Source: Vicinamibacterales bacterium (GTDB taxonomy: Bacteria > Acidobacteriota > Vicinamibacteria > Vicinamibacterales > SCN-69-37). Taken from it: 64,000 bases of DNA. Below the pieces are notes generated by a model that saw nothing but the letters and a program-made list of their open reading frames with translations, was not told where the DNA came from and made no database searches. The translations under genes and the position numbers were made by a program. Below are positions 1-7,830 of the stretch, piece after piece. The stretch covers positions 12,815 through 76,814 of the forward strand of contig JBBDWL010000047.1 of the NCBI GenBank assembly GCA_040902895.1. Reading direction: 5' to 3'. How positions within the stretch are numbered: the stretch's first letter is position 1; the number at the start of each line of letters is the position of its first letter.

Positions 1-1
1 A

Positions 2-985
2 ATCAGCAATCGCCATCCGAGCCTATTCGCCAACATCCTCAAGAAGCGGATCGGACAGGTATTCAGAAAATTCCTGAAGGCCGGTGTCGTCATCGAGGTG
101 AACGAGCAGCGGGTCGAACCGGTCGACCCGTTAATGCTTGGCGACGCCGATACGGAATTGGCCCTCGAAATGGACATGGAAGTCGACGGCCTCGGCAAAG
201 CATATATTCGCGCCGTCGAGTTGCCAGACCGCGGCGGCCCGACGAACAAAGCTCTGGGCATCAACGCCGACAGTTCGGGATTCTACGTGGTCAGGAACAA
301 CCGCGAGATCATGGCGGCCGAAACCTTCGATTTCTACAAGAAGCATCCAGAATATGCGCACTTCCGCGCGGAACTGGCCTTCGGAGGTGAGCTCGATCCA
401 GCGTTCCACACTGATGTCAAGAAAATGGTGATTCAGCCGTCGCAGAGTTTCCTCGACAAACTCAAGCAGGCCACGATGGGGCTGATCACGAAATCACAGC
501 GCGAAAAGAAGAAGCGCGCCGGTGTCGAACGCGGAAAGATGGATCATTCGGCAGCAGAGGCGAACATCAGTCATCGCGCGACCCTTCTTCCGAAGGCACC
601 GGGAAAGGGTCTGACGGAGCCCCGTGCCCCACGCTCGACGAAGAAGGCGATAGGTGAGGCGAAGCCGACAGATGGAATGGCGAGGCTGAGGCCTCACGTC
701 ACTAGCATCAAGACGGCTTCTGGCTTGAAGGTCGCGTTCAACGAGGGAAACTTCGGCGAAGCTCCATTTTACTTGGTGAAGCAGGAAGGCAAGACGATCG
801 TGATCACGTATAACCGTGACCATCCGTTCTGGCGCGAGCTAGTGGTTTACTCGGACGAGACGAAGATTATCGCGTTATTCGACTATTTGGTGTTCGCTCT
901 CGCGAACACGGAACTTCTCGTACCGGAGCAGGCAGAGGTCGTGAAGGCGAACGTCAATTCGACCTTGATCGGCCTCCTCGTGTAG
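2..985 (+). CDS. GHKL-type (HATPase_c_3 / MORC-like) ATP-binding protein, C-terminal part; the 5' end lies outside the window
   Basis: The frame of listed ORF 98..985 stays open back to nt 2 (ISNRHPSLFANILKKRIGQVFRKFLKAGVVIEVNEQRVEPVDPL...). The middle region (GFYVVRNNREI, FHTDVKKMVIQPSQSF) matches what I remember of HATPase_c_3 proteins encoded beside RM genes. Its 3' end overlaps the convergent methyltransferase gene by 32 bp. Confidence 0.55.
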   Translation: MSNRHPSLFANILKKRIGQVFRKFLKAGVVIEVNEQRVEPVDPLMLGDADTELALEMDMEVDGLGKAYIRAVELPDRGGPTNKALGINADSSGFYVVRNNREIMAAETFDFYKKHPEYAHFRAELAFGGELDPAFHTDVKKMVIQPSQSFLDKLKQATMGLITKSQREKKKRAGVERGKMDHSAAEANISHRATLLPKAPGKGLTEPRAPRSTKKAIGEAKPTDGMARLRPHVTSIKTASGLKVAFNEGNFGEAPFYLVKQEGKTIVITYNRDHPFWRELVVYSDETKIIALFDYLVFALANTELLVPEQAEVVKANVNSTLIGLLV

Positions 986-2969
986 CGGGCTGGTCTCCGA
1001 TCGTGGGATGAACTCCAGGTTTGTCACTGTATGGCGCGGCGCCGACTTCAAAGACGCCGCGCCGTCGTTCGAGCACACGATCAGAGCGCCGGGTCACCAA
1101 GACGGCAACAAAATGTCGTTGAGTGATTGCACTCATCACGACGGCCGCGTTTGCCTTCATCCTATCGAGAATGGCCGTCACCGCTGTCAACGGAGGGAGT
1201 TCCTGCCCGATCCCGCGGACGATAATTCCAGACCGCAGCCGCCGCTCCCCCTTCTTTAGAACGAACGTGCCCACCGCGTGCGTGCGCGTCGCTGCGCCGT
1301 TCGACTCTATGCGCGAGATCGTGACTTGCCCGACCCGGAATAGCGCATCCGACACCTTCTTCCTCGACAGATAATCAGCGAGCGCGTCGTCGGAGATCCG
1401 GCCGTGTCCAATAGCAGGCACCCTCGTCGCTAGCGTGATCTCCTCACTGCTGACAGTAATGAAGTCGCGAGCCTCCAAAGTGCCGACCGTCCCCTTGCGA
1501 ACGAACCGACCGTATGTTCCGTTTTCGTTTACTGGAACGATGGACAGTCCTTCAGCAAGAACGCCAGACATGATCCAGCGTCTATTTCGGCTACGCGCGA
1601 TGTCTTGTAGAAAACGATCGGGCGGAGTTCGCGGCATTTTCGCGTCTGTGTCCTTGTACGCCTGTCGAACATCGTCAACACTGAATGCTGGCCGGCGGAC
1701 TCGCCCCCGGCCGATAACTCCCGCCTTTTCCAACAGCCGATCAAGAACCTTAGGCCACTCGTCAACTTGAGGAATGCGTCCGTGATGCTTGGCCGCATCC
1801 GGGGGCAACGAAAACTCGTTCGTGAGCTTCAATACCTTCGAGGGCCGCAGCACCTCAGCGTCAAGGGCACGAATAATCGAGCCACCGAGCGCACGCGCGA
1901 TCGGCGGGCATACGGAATTCCCGATCTGGCGGTGCGCATGCCACTTCACAGGGTAGAAGTCGAACCAGTCAGGATAGCCATGAAGGCGCGCCGCTTCCCG
2001 GACGGTGATGCATCGGGGCTCGTACGGATGAATCGGCCGCGGTGCATTGTATGAGCCGTGCTCGCTGTCGGTGCCGGCGCGCAACGTTGGAGCGAGACCA
2101 TCGGGATCAAGGCGCGGCAGATTATGCGCGGGCACCGTTGCACCAGGAGCAGTGGCAGCATAAAGCCGTTCGATTTCTGGACGGTGCTTGACGCGGCGGC
2201 AGCCAGTCACCTTGGAATTATCCCAATCCCGTCGCCATGAGAGATCGCACGGATCCGCCCTGAGGCCGCGGGCAGCGAGGACGTACGGATGCAGGTCGTG
2301 GCCAACTTTGCGATATTCGCTCGTGTCTAGCTTCAAGAGATCTTCGCGCTCGCCCAACGCTGGGAGATCTTCTATCGCTTGCCACACGGTGGGGCGCGCT
2401 GGCTGTTCCTTGCAAGGGCCAGTCGGATAGACCGCCTCGCCGCCTCGCTCCTTCAGGATGCCGATGACGAACAGCCTTTCTCGTCGTTGCGGAACCCCGA
2501 AATCCGCTGCGTTTAACGTTCGCACTGGCGCCGTAATGTTGTAGTGGTTCGACAGTCGGTCGATCGTTCGTTCAAACACGACAGCTGTTGCACCGCTCTG
2601 CATACCGGGGACGTTTTCCATCAAGAATGCAGCTGGCATTACCTCCATCACCAGACGGGCAAAATGGTCGACGAGCGTGTTGCGAGGGTCGGCGACGTAT
2701 CGTTTGCCCATTGTGCTGAAGCCCTGGCATGGCGGGCCGCCACAAATCAGACCTATATCCTTGGTCCCGGCAAGCGCGATGAGCTCGGATCCCGTGAGGG
2801 AGTCAACGCTGGCACACTGAACCTTCCCATGCGGAAAGTTCCGCTGGTGGGTCGCCACGTGGTACGGATCGCGATCGATCGCTAGAACAACGTCGAAGCC
2901 CGCCTGCTCGAGGCCAAGGGATAGCCCGCCGGCGCCCGCGTACAAATCAATTGCAATAGGACGGCTCAT
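954..2969 (-). CDS. DNA (cytosine-5)-methyltransferase with a ~290-aa uncharacterised C-terminal extension
   Basis: Canonical C5-MTase motifs appear in order: DLYAGAGG (I), GGPPCQGFS (IV, catalytic Cys), ENVPG (VI), QRRERLFVIG (VIII), GNSVCPPIARALG (X). The MTase core ends near residue 380 of 671. The remainder has no motif I recognise. The ATGA start/stop overlaps the upstream gene. Confidence 0.9.
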   Translation of the reverse strand: MSRPIAIDLYAGAGGLSLGLEQAGFDVVLAIDRDPYHVATHQRNFPHGKVQCASVDSLTGSELIALAGTKDIGLICGGPPCQGFSTMGKRYVADPRNTLVDHFARLVMEVMPAAFLMENVPGMQSGATAVVFERTIDRLSNHYNITAPVRTLNAADFGVPQRRERLFVIGILKERGGEAVYPTGPCKEQPARPTVWQAIEDLPALGEREDLLKLDTSEYRKVGHDLHPYVLAARGLRADPCDLSWRRDWDNSKVTGCRRVKHRPEIERLYAATAPGATVPAHNLPRLDPDGLAPTLRAGTDSEHGSYNAPRPIHPYEPRCITVREAARLHGYPDWFDFYPVKWHAHRQIGNSVCPPIARALGGSIIRALDAEVLRPSKVLKLTNEFSLPPDAAKHHGRIPQVDEWPKVLDRLLEKAGVIGRGRVRRPAFSVDDVRQAYKDTDAKMPRTPPDRFLQDIARSRNRRWIMSGVLAEGLSIVPVNENGTYGRFVRKGTVGTLEARDFITVSSEEITLATRVPAIGHGRISDDALADYLSRKKVSDALFRVGQVTISRIESNGAATRTHAVGTFVLKKGERRLRSGIIVRGIGQELPPLTAVTAILDRMKANAAVVMSAITQRHFVAVLVTRRSDRVLERRRGVFEVGAAPYSDKPGVHPTIGDQPATRGGRSRSN

Positions 2970-3814
2970 GACGCCGCGGCGCGACGATTAACGCACAACA
3001 AGTTGATCGCACATGAAGAGCATCGCGGAGACACGGCGACGCACGTTTCTCGGCCGTGTGCGACTGCGTTGACGTGCAGCGAGTAGCGGATATCTTCAGG
3101 GACTGCGGCCTGAAGCGGCTCTTGTGCGTATTCGAAGCGCATGCGGGCGCGGATCAATCCCAGGTTTTGGAAGAGACGCATGCAGTGCGTGTCGACCGGA
3201 AATACCGCGCGGTCGAGCGCGTAGAGCATGACGCACCGAGCAGTCTTCAAGCCGACGCCAGGCAACGTGATGAGATAACGCTCAAGATGTTCCGTATCCA
3301 TGCGCCGAAACGCGCCGGCGGAAAGGCTGCCGAAGTCTCTCGTGATCTTGCGGAGCAGGCTCGTAATCTGTCTCGCCTTCACACGACTCAGGCCAGCCTC
3401 GCGAATGACTCGCTGTACGTCGGAAACGCTCGCATCGCGAACGTTTTCCCACGTGCCGAAATGACGGCGAAGCCGGCGGTAGATCGCCTCATGATTGCCG
3501 CCTTGGGTCCGGGCCGACAGAATGATGAAAACGAGCTCGCTGACCACGTCCCGCTTGTTACCGAGACGAGGGGTGCCATACCGGCGAGCGAGGCGTTGGT
3601 TCGCTCGCAGAAGCAAAGAGGCGGCTCGCTGAGGATGGCTAGCCAGCGGACGCGCCGCAGATAAGCTATTATTTTTCAATGACTTATGGCGCATGAACTG
3701 GGTCGTTACCGCCGCGCAAATCACATCGAGTTTAGGTCCTTCAGAATACCATCCCGCCGCATCGGAAAGCCGACGAAGTCGAGGTGGGATGCCCGGTGCC
3801 GTGGCCTCCGTCAC
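2966..3814 (-). CDS. HhH-GPD superfamily DNA glycosylase, endonuclease III (Nth)-like, with a 4Fe-4S cluster loop
   Basis: The helix-hairpin-helix LPGVGLKTARCV carries Lys at the Nth K120-equivalent position. The catalytic Asp lies in FPVDTHCMRL. The C-terminal CVAVSPRCSSCAINLLC gives the Nth C-x6-C-x2-C-x5-C spacing. The GTG start overlaps the upstream stop (GTGA). Confidence 0.85.
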   Translation of the reverse strand: MTEATAPGIPPRLRRLSDAAGWYSEGPKLDVICAAVTTQFMRHKSLKNNSLSAARPLASHPQRAASLLLRANQRLARRYGTPRLGNKRDVVSELVFIILSARTQGGNHEAIYRRLRRHFGTWENVRDASVSDVQRVIREAGLSRVKARQITSLLRKITRDFGSLSAGAFRRMDTEHLERYLITLPGVGLKTARCVMLYALDRAVFPVDTHCMRLFQNLGLIRARMRFEYAQEPLQAAVPEDIRYSLHVNAVAHGRETCVAVSPRCSSCAINLLCVNRRAAAS

Positions 3815-4752
3815 GGTATCCCCCGCATGTAGTACGGCGAATACCGGTGGAACGTGGCGTACTGCTTGAACATCTCGTTGCTCTCAGTCGGGTCCTCATC
3901 TATTCGATAACCGAGCGCCCGACGTAAAGTCCGTCCGGAACTCTGCCGCGCAGGCAAGAAGTCCTGGAGATACAGACGCTCCTTTGTGGTGAGTACGGGC
4001 ACGGCGATTCGTTTCGGTGATGCCCAGTGCAGGCTCGCAAAGGGCCAATCTGCAAAGTGATCGCGAATCTCAGCTCTATCGACGCGTCGGCAGACGATTC
4101 CAGTGACCGTGAGCATCGGCGTCGCGTCGGCGTAGAAGAACGAGCACAGCGGCTGATAAGCAAACGGGTTCGTCCCAGGAAACGCGCGCTGGGCCGCGAC
4201 ACGCACCATCGTTTGAACGAGGCGGGCGAATCCCTCTTTGCTAGACGGTGGAGCGGCATTCGGATCCGGCAAAAGCGCGGCAAATTCCTGCTTGAAGGAC
4301 TCCACCTGTTCTGGCCTGAGGTAATCAGCCGACCGGGATCGAAGAGTGATTTTGACCACGCTGTTTACTGCAACCTTCGACAGCAGGGCTTCGAAATCTG
4401 CTAGATCCGCATACGCGAGGCGCATGTAATCGAGCCAAAAGATGCTTTTCCGATCTCGCGATTGGTATTGCGCGATGAACGAATGGAGATCCGTTCGCCG
4501 TAGCCTTAGGTGTCGGCAGGGGAGATGAAACTTCTGCCGTTTGATGACCTCCGCATCGGTCTCAATCGACACCATGCGAATGTTTTCATCGACGTCGTAA
4601 AGTGATCGGAAGTCCTCCAAGTACGGCCCGCCGAGGCTGTGATACGTGTAGTCAGCCAGTCGTTCGCGCCGATCTAGGCGCCGAAGGACATCCATGAATG
4701 CCAGGCGATCGACCGCTTTATTCGGCCTGATCTGATAATTGAGCTGGCTCAC
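3811..4752 (-). CDS. Hypothetical protein (313 aa); possible Rossmann/SAM-MTase-like fold
   Basis: A long ORF with coding-like composition, coupled by 4-nt start/stop overlaps on both sides. The weak motif order YHSLGGPYLED ... MVSIETD ... IFWLDY resembles MTase motifs I/II/IV. This is a guess only. Confidence 0.6.
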   Translation of the reverse strand: MSQLNYQIRPNKAVDRLAFMDVLRRLDRRERLADYTYHSLGGPYLEDFRSLYDVDENIRMVSIETDAEVIKRQKFHLPCRHLRLRRTDLHSFIAQYQSRDRKSIFWLDYMRLAYADLADFEALLSKVAVNSVVKITLRSRSADYLRPEQVESFKQEFAALLPDPNAAPPSSKEGFARLVQTMVRVAAQRAFPGTNPFAYQPLCSFFYADATPMLTVTGIVCRRVDRAEIRDHFADWPFASLHWASPKRIAVPVLTTKERLYLQDFLPARQSSGRTLRRALGYRIDEDPTESNEMFKQYATFHRYSPYYMRGIP

Positions 4753-6167
4753 CGCGTCGCCTCCCTCAGCGCCAATTCAAAACACTGCTCCCCGACCGCG
4801 GAGGGAGGCACGGCAGAATCCTCAAAGAGGTACTCTGACACTCGCCGAATCTCGTCGATGTCGCGGCTGAACGTGATCCTGCGAGTACGCCCCTCGACGG
4901 CCTTGGGCATCGGCAGCGACGGCGTGTACTGCTGGCCGATCGGTACGGTGCGGCGCGTTGTGACGAAGGCGAGTTGACGTGCCCGCTCTTTTAGCTGCGT
5001 TAGCGCTAGCGCCTCTCCCTGCTTGATGTGCTGCTGTGACTCCTCGGCGAGCCCCTTCCATTTGTTTGTGTAATCGACGAACAGACGCATGCCTTCTCGC
5101 ATCTTGTTTTTGATTTGCAGATACAGCGCCGAAGACGCATCGACACCGCGCTTCGTCGTCGTGGTGGGCAGTTTCGAAGGGTCGTCGGATTTGAATTCGA
5201 CAATCCCAGCAATGGCGATGAACTGATTGTGGTAGCGCGGCACGCTGGCTTCACCCCAGCCAGTCAACTCGGTGCGGTCGCAATAGAGAACTGCTCGCTC
5301 GTTGCAGACGATCGTCCATCCCGCATCGAGAGACGAGTATTTCGTTTCCTCCTGCTCACTGGCGGCTTCGTCTTGCGATGGAATGGGTCTAGTTAGACCG
5401 ACTGCTAGAAACACGCTCACGTCGTCCGCTTCCGCTTTGAAGATAAACGGCTGGATCGCCGGTTGCTTGCTGCGAGGCTCTTTCCTTCCAAAGATCAGCT
5501 TGATCGGCTTGGGTTTAACACGTGTTCCGTTGATTGATACCGCAAAACCTCTCTCGATAATGAATGCATAGTGGGTCGCAATCATCCGACTCAGGTCGGA
5601 TTCAAAGGCTTCAGCATTTTCGGTGAAGCGCGCCTTGATGCCCGGGTACAAATGACCGATGACAATCTCGGTGCCGTCCTTCTTTTTGGTGCGAGTCGCG
5701 GCGGCGACTGGAATGTCCCAGAGGTTCTCGTCGGCGAGCCATTTCGGAGTGATTTCAATTTCGTACCTGTCGTCGGCGTTCTGAGTGGAGATGAGGCAGT
5801 GACGGCCCATCTTGAACATCGCCCGCTTCAAACCAATCCCGTAGACGCCGATCGTGCCCGGAGCGCGATCGGAACGATTCGGATCTGGTCCCATTCGAAA
5901 GGCGTAGTTATATAACTTCCAGGGAATGCCGCCACAGTTGTCCGAGATCGAAAAGGAGTCTTTGTTGAATTCGATCTCCGCCTTGTAGCCGGCGTACGGT
6001 TGATCTCCGTCCGTGCCGTTCTGTCGATGGATTCCATCGACACAGTTGTCGAGGAGGTCGAGGATCGCTTCTTCGAGGGTTATGTCGCGCGTGAGCATCG
6101 ACACGAAGAACGACTTGACGGGCGATGCGTCGACCGATGGGTATTCCTTATCTGCTGTGGCCGCCAT
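4749..6167 (-). CDS. GHKL-family ATPase (HATPase_c_3 / MORC-Hsp90-like)
   Basis: Bergerat-fold motifs are present: EAILDLLDNCVDG (N-box), ISDNCGGI (D-x-G-x-G), GVYGIGLKRAMFKMG (G2 box). An AGGAG lies about 8 nt upstream of the ATG at 6167. It is the first structural gene of the operon. Confidence 0.8.
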   Translation of the reverse strand: MAATADKEYPSVDASPVKSFFVSMLTRDITLEEAILDLLDNCVDGIHRQNGTDGDQPYAGYKAEIEFNKDSFSISDNCGGIPWKLYNYAFRMGPDPNRSDRAPGTIGVYGIGLKRAMFKMGRHCLISTQNADDRYEIEITPKWLADENLWDIPVAAATRTKKKDGTEIVIGHLYPGIKARFTENAEAFESDLSRMIATHYAFIIERGFAVSINGTRVKPKPIKLIFGRKEPRSKQPAIQPFIFKAEADDVSVFLAVGLTRPIPSQDEAASEQEETKYSSLDAGWTIVCNERAVLYCDRTELTGWGEASVPRYHNQFIAIAGIVEFKSDDPSKLPTTTTKRGVDASSALYLQIKNKMREGMRLFVDYTNKWKGLAEESQQHIKQGEALALTQLKERARQLAFVTTRRTVPIGQQYTPSLPMPKAVEGRTRRITFSRDIDEIRRVSEYLFEDSAVPPSAVGEQCFELALREATR

Positions 6168-6188
6168 CGAGCTGCTCCTGATCGAGAT

Positions 6189-6425
6189 CTAAGACCGTTC
6201 AAGTTTGGCGATGATGCCAGCGGGGTTGAGTGATAGGGCGCGCGCAACCTCAATGAATTCAAGAACATCCAGGCGCCGCTCTCCACGTTCGAACTTGGAG
6301 ACGAACGACTGCGGACGTCCAAGCTTCTTCGCAAGAGCCACTTGGGTTACGCCTGCCGCGCGGCGTGCTTCGACGAGAACCCTTCGAAATTGTTCGTGCT
6401 TACGGGTGAAGGCCGACCTCGTCAC
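6189..6425 (-). CDS. XRE-family helix-turn-helix transcriptional regulator (controller-protein-like)
   Basis: GVTQVALAKKLGRPQSFVSKFERGERRLDVLEFIEVARAL is a classic Cro/C1 HTH. It ends 21 bp upstream of the GHKL gene start. The start is uncertain: I chose GTG at 6425, and the ORF is open to 6485. Confidence 0.75.
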   Translation of the reverse strand: MTRSAFTRKHEQFRRVLVEARRAAGVTQVALAKKLGRPQSFVSKFERGERRLDVLEFIEVARALSLNPAGIIAKLERS

Positions 6426-6570
6426 CGGGGCAGTCTCTATCCCGTCTTGGAATATCCCAAAACGGGTTCGCACCCCCACCCCCACCCCACGACAGTTCCA
6501 CGCTGGAGACCGCGTGAGGCGACGCGGTGGCCGCGCAGTTCGGTGATCGACTTGGACGGCTGACGTGACG

Positions 6571-6957
6571 TCAGTCGAACGCCCAGAGAACTTCCACGGG
6601 AGAGGAATCCTTCACTTCAAGCGCCTTCCCCCGTCCGGCGTACGTGAACGGATCCCTCGTGTTCGTTCGCCAGAAAATGTGAACCGGAGTCGCCGGGTCT
6701 ACGAGTCGCCTTACTTGCGGCTGGCGGGTCGATGACCCCGTCTTGGCGAACCAACGAAGGTGGCTGCCCTCCCGCGCGTTGGCGTAGTCGTGGCCCGTAC
6801 GCCCGGCGGTACCGACATTGGCGAAGACGCACGCAGCCCCTCCGTGCTCGTGGTACCCCGTGAACCAGTTTCCGCCCCACGTGTGCTCTGGCAGCCCGAG
6901 CAGTCGAAGAACGTCTCGCTGCGTGTAAAGCGCTCCGCGTTTGAAGAGAACCGACAT
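6571..6957 (-). CDS. Small stand-alone protein resembling the C-terminal module of DUF3427-type helicase/nuclease defence proteins
   Basis: YTQRDVLRLLGL...GYHEHGGAACVFANVG...GHDYANA...LRWFAKTGSS...VHIFWRT...FTYAGRGKALEV fits my recollection of the DUF3427 pattern. This is unverified. Confidence 0.4.
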   Translation of the reverse strand: MSVLFKRGALYTQRDVLRLLGLPEHTWGGNWFTGYHEHGGAACVFANVGTAGRTGHDYANAREGSHLRWFAKTGSSTRQPQVRRLVDPATPVHIFWRTNTRDPFTYAGRGKALEVKDSSPVEVLWAFD

Positions 6958-7326
6958 AAGCAGGGACCTGAGACTCGCCAGTCGTAAATCCGTACCCGAA
7001 TCGCTCTGTTCGCAGATGTGGCGAGAGACGCGGGGATCGGAACGCGGGGAATCTCGTCCAAAACGATAGCCGAAATTGTTCGGGATGCACTAGCAGCGGC
7101 AGGAGCGGGCGAAGGCTCCGCCACGGTCAGCATGGTTCACGAGTATCTGGAGACGGTGGAGCCGCGTGCGCCCAGCGCGCCTGGTTGACGTGTCTATGTT
7201 AGTAGACAGCTAGAAGCGCGACCCCTATATAGACATTGATGACGGCTCGGCACCTCCGACGCATTCTGGGGGCTGCGTCGACGCGCAAACTGGCGACAAG
7301 CCGAACCTGCTTGGGCGCTCCGCTCG

Positions 7327-7623
7327 CTAACCACACTTGTACTTCCTTACAGCGATTACAAGGACACTGCCAAGAAAGAGGAACGCCGCAATTATCGGCA
7401 AACTGCTGGAGTCCTGATCCCGCGAGTCAGACGTCTCGTCTGTCGAGGTCGAGGGCATGTCGGTCGTTTGTCCAACAACTACATCTCGGAAGATTGCGCT
7501 CGTTCGTCCATTCCCTCGTAGTAGTAGATTGATAAGCTTTACGTCGCCAGATACCGGGCCGAGTTCAATCTCCGACCTGACAACGGCGTCCGGGCGGAAC
7601 ATCCGCCGGCTATGCCCTCGCAC
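7327..7623 (-). CDS. Small tail-anchored membrane protein (hypothetical)
   Basis: A single C-terminal hydrophobic helix, LPIIAAFLFLGSVLVIAV, is followed by RKYKCG. It lies in the lowest-GC stretch of the window. The start is ambiguous (GTG at 7623 or an ATG 7 codons in). Confidence 0.4.
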   Translation of the reverse strand: MRGHSRRMFRPDAVVRSEIELGPVSGDVKLINLLLRGNGRTSAIFRDVVVGQTTDMPSTSTDETSDSRDQDSSSLPIIAAFLFLGSVLVIAVRKYKCG

Positions 7624-7626
7624 CTC

Positions 7627-7830
7627 CTACGCTTGCCACGGTCGAAATGGATTGACCGCGTCGAGGTCGTACTTTTCCGCGAACCAGCGCACGAACTCCT
7701 CTGGCGATTCGCCCGCCTGGAATGCAGCCTGCAACGGTTCGACGTCGCCCGCCAAGTCTGGCCAGCTACACGCTAGATGCACCCGACAAAGTGCATCAAC
7801 CCTCTCAGACCACTCTTGAAAGGCGTCCAT
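7627..7830 (-). CDS. Small acidic hypothetical protein (67 aa)
   Basis: The ORF lies immediately upstream of, and in tandem with, 7327..7623. I recognise no motif. Confidence 0.4.
   Translation of the reverse strand: MDAFQEWSERVDALCRVHLACSWPDLAGDVEPLQAAFQAGESPEEFVRWFAEKYDLDAVNPFRPWQA

Noticed and set aside
6474-6492. A C-rich tract, CACCCCCACCCCCACCCCAC (G-runs on the minus strand), is a possible G-quadruplex at the 5' end of the XRE regulator ORF.
   Set aside because: Only three G-runs are present, and a canonical intramolecular G4 needs four. It may still matter for promoter structure, but I cannot support a call.
7140-7240. Promoter-like hexamers and short inverted repeats (TTGACG, GTCTA...TAGAC, TGTCTAT...ATAGACA) in the low-GC intergenic region upstream of the DUF3427-like gene.
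   Set aside because: Spacing to any -10-like hexamer is wrong and the repeats are only 5-7 bp. I cannot assign them to a gene with confidence.
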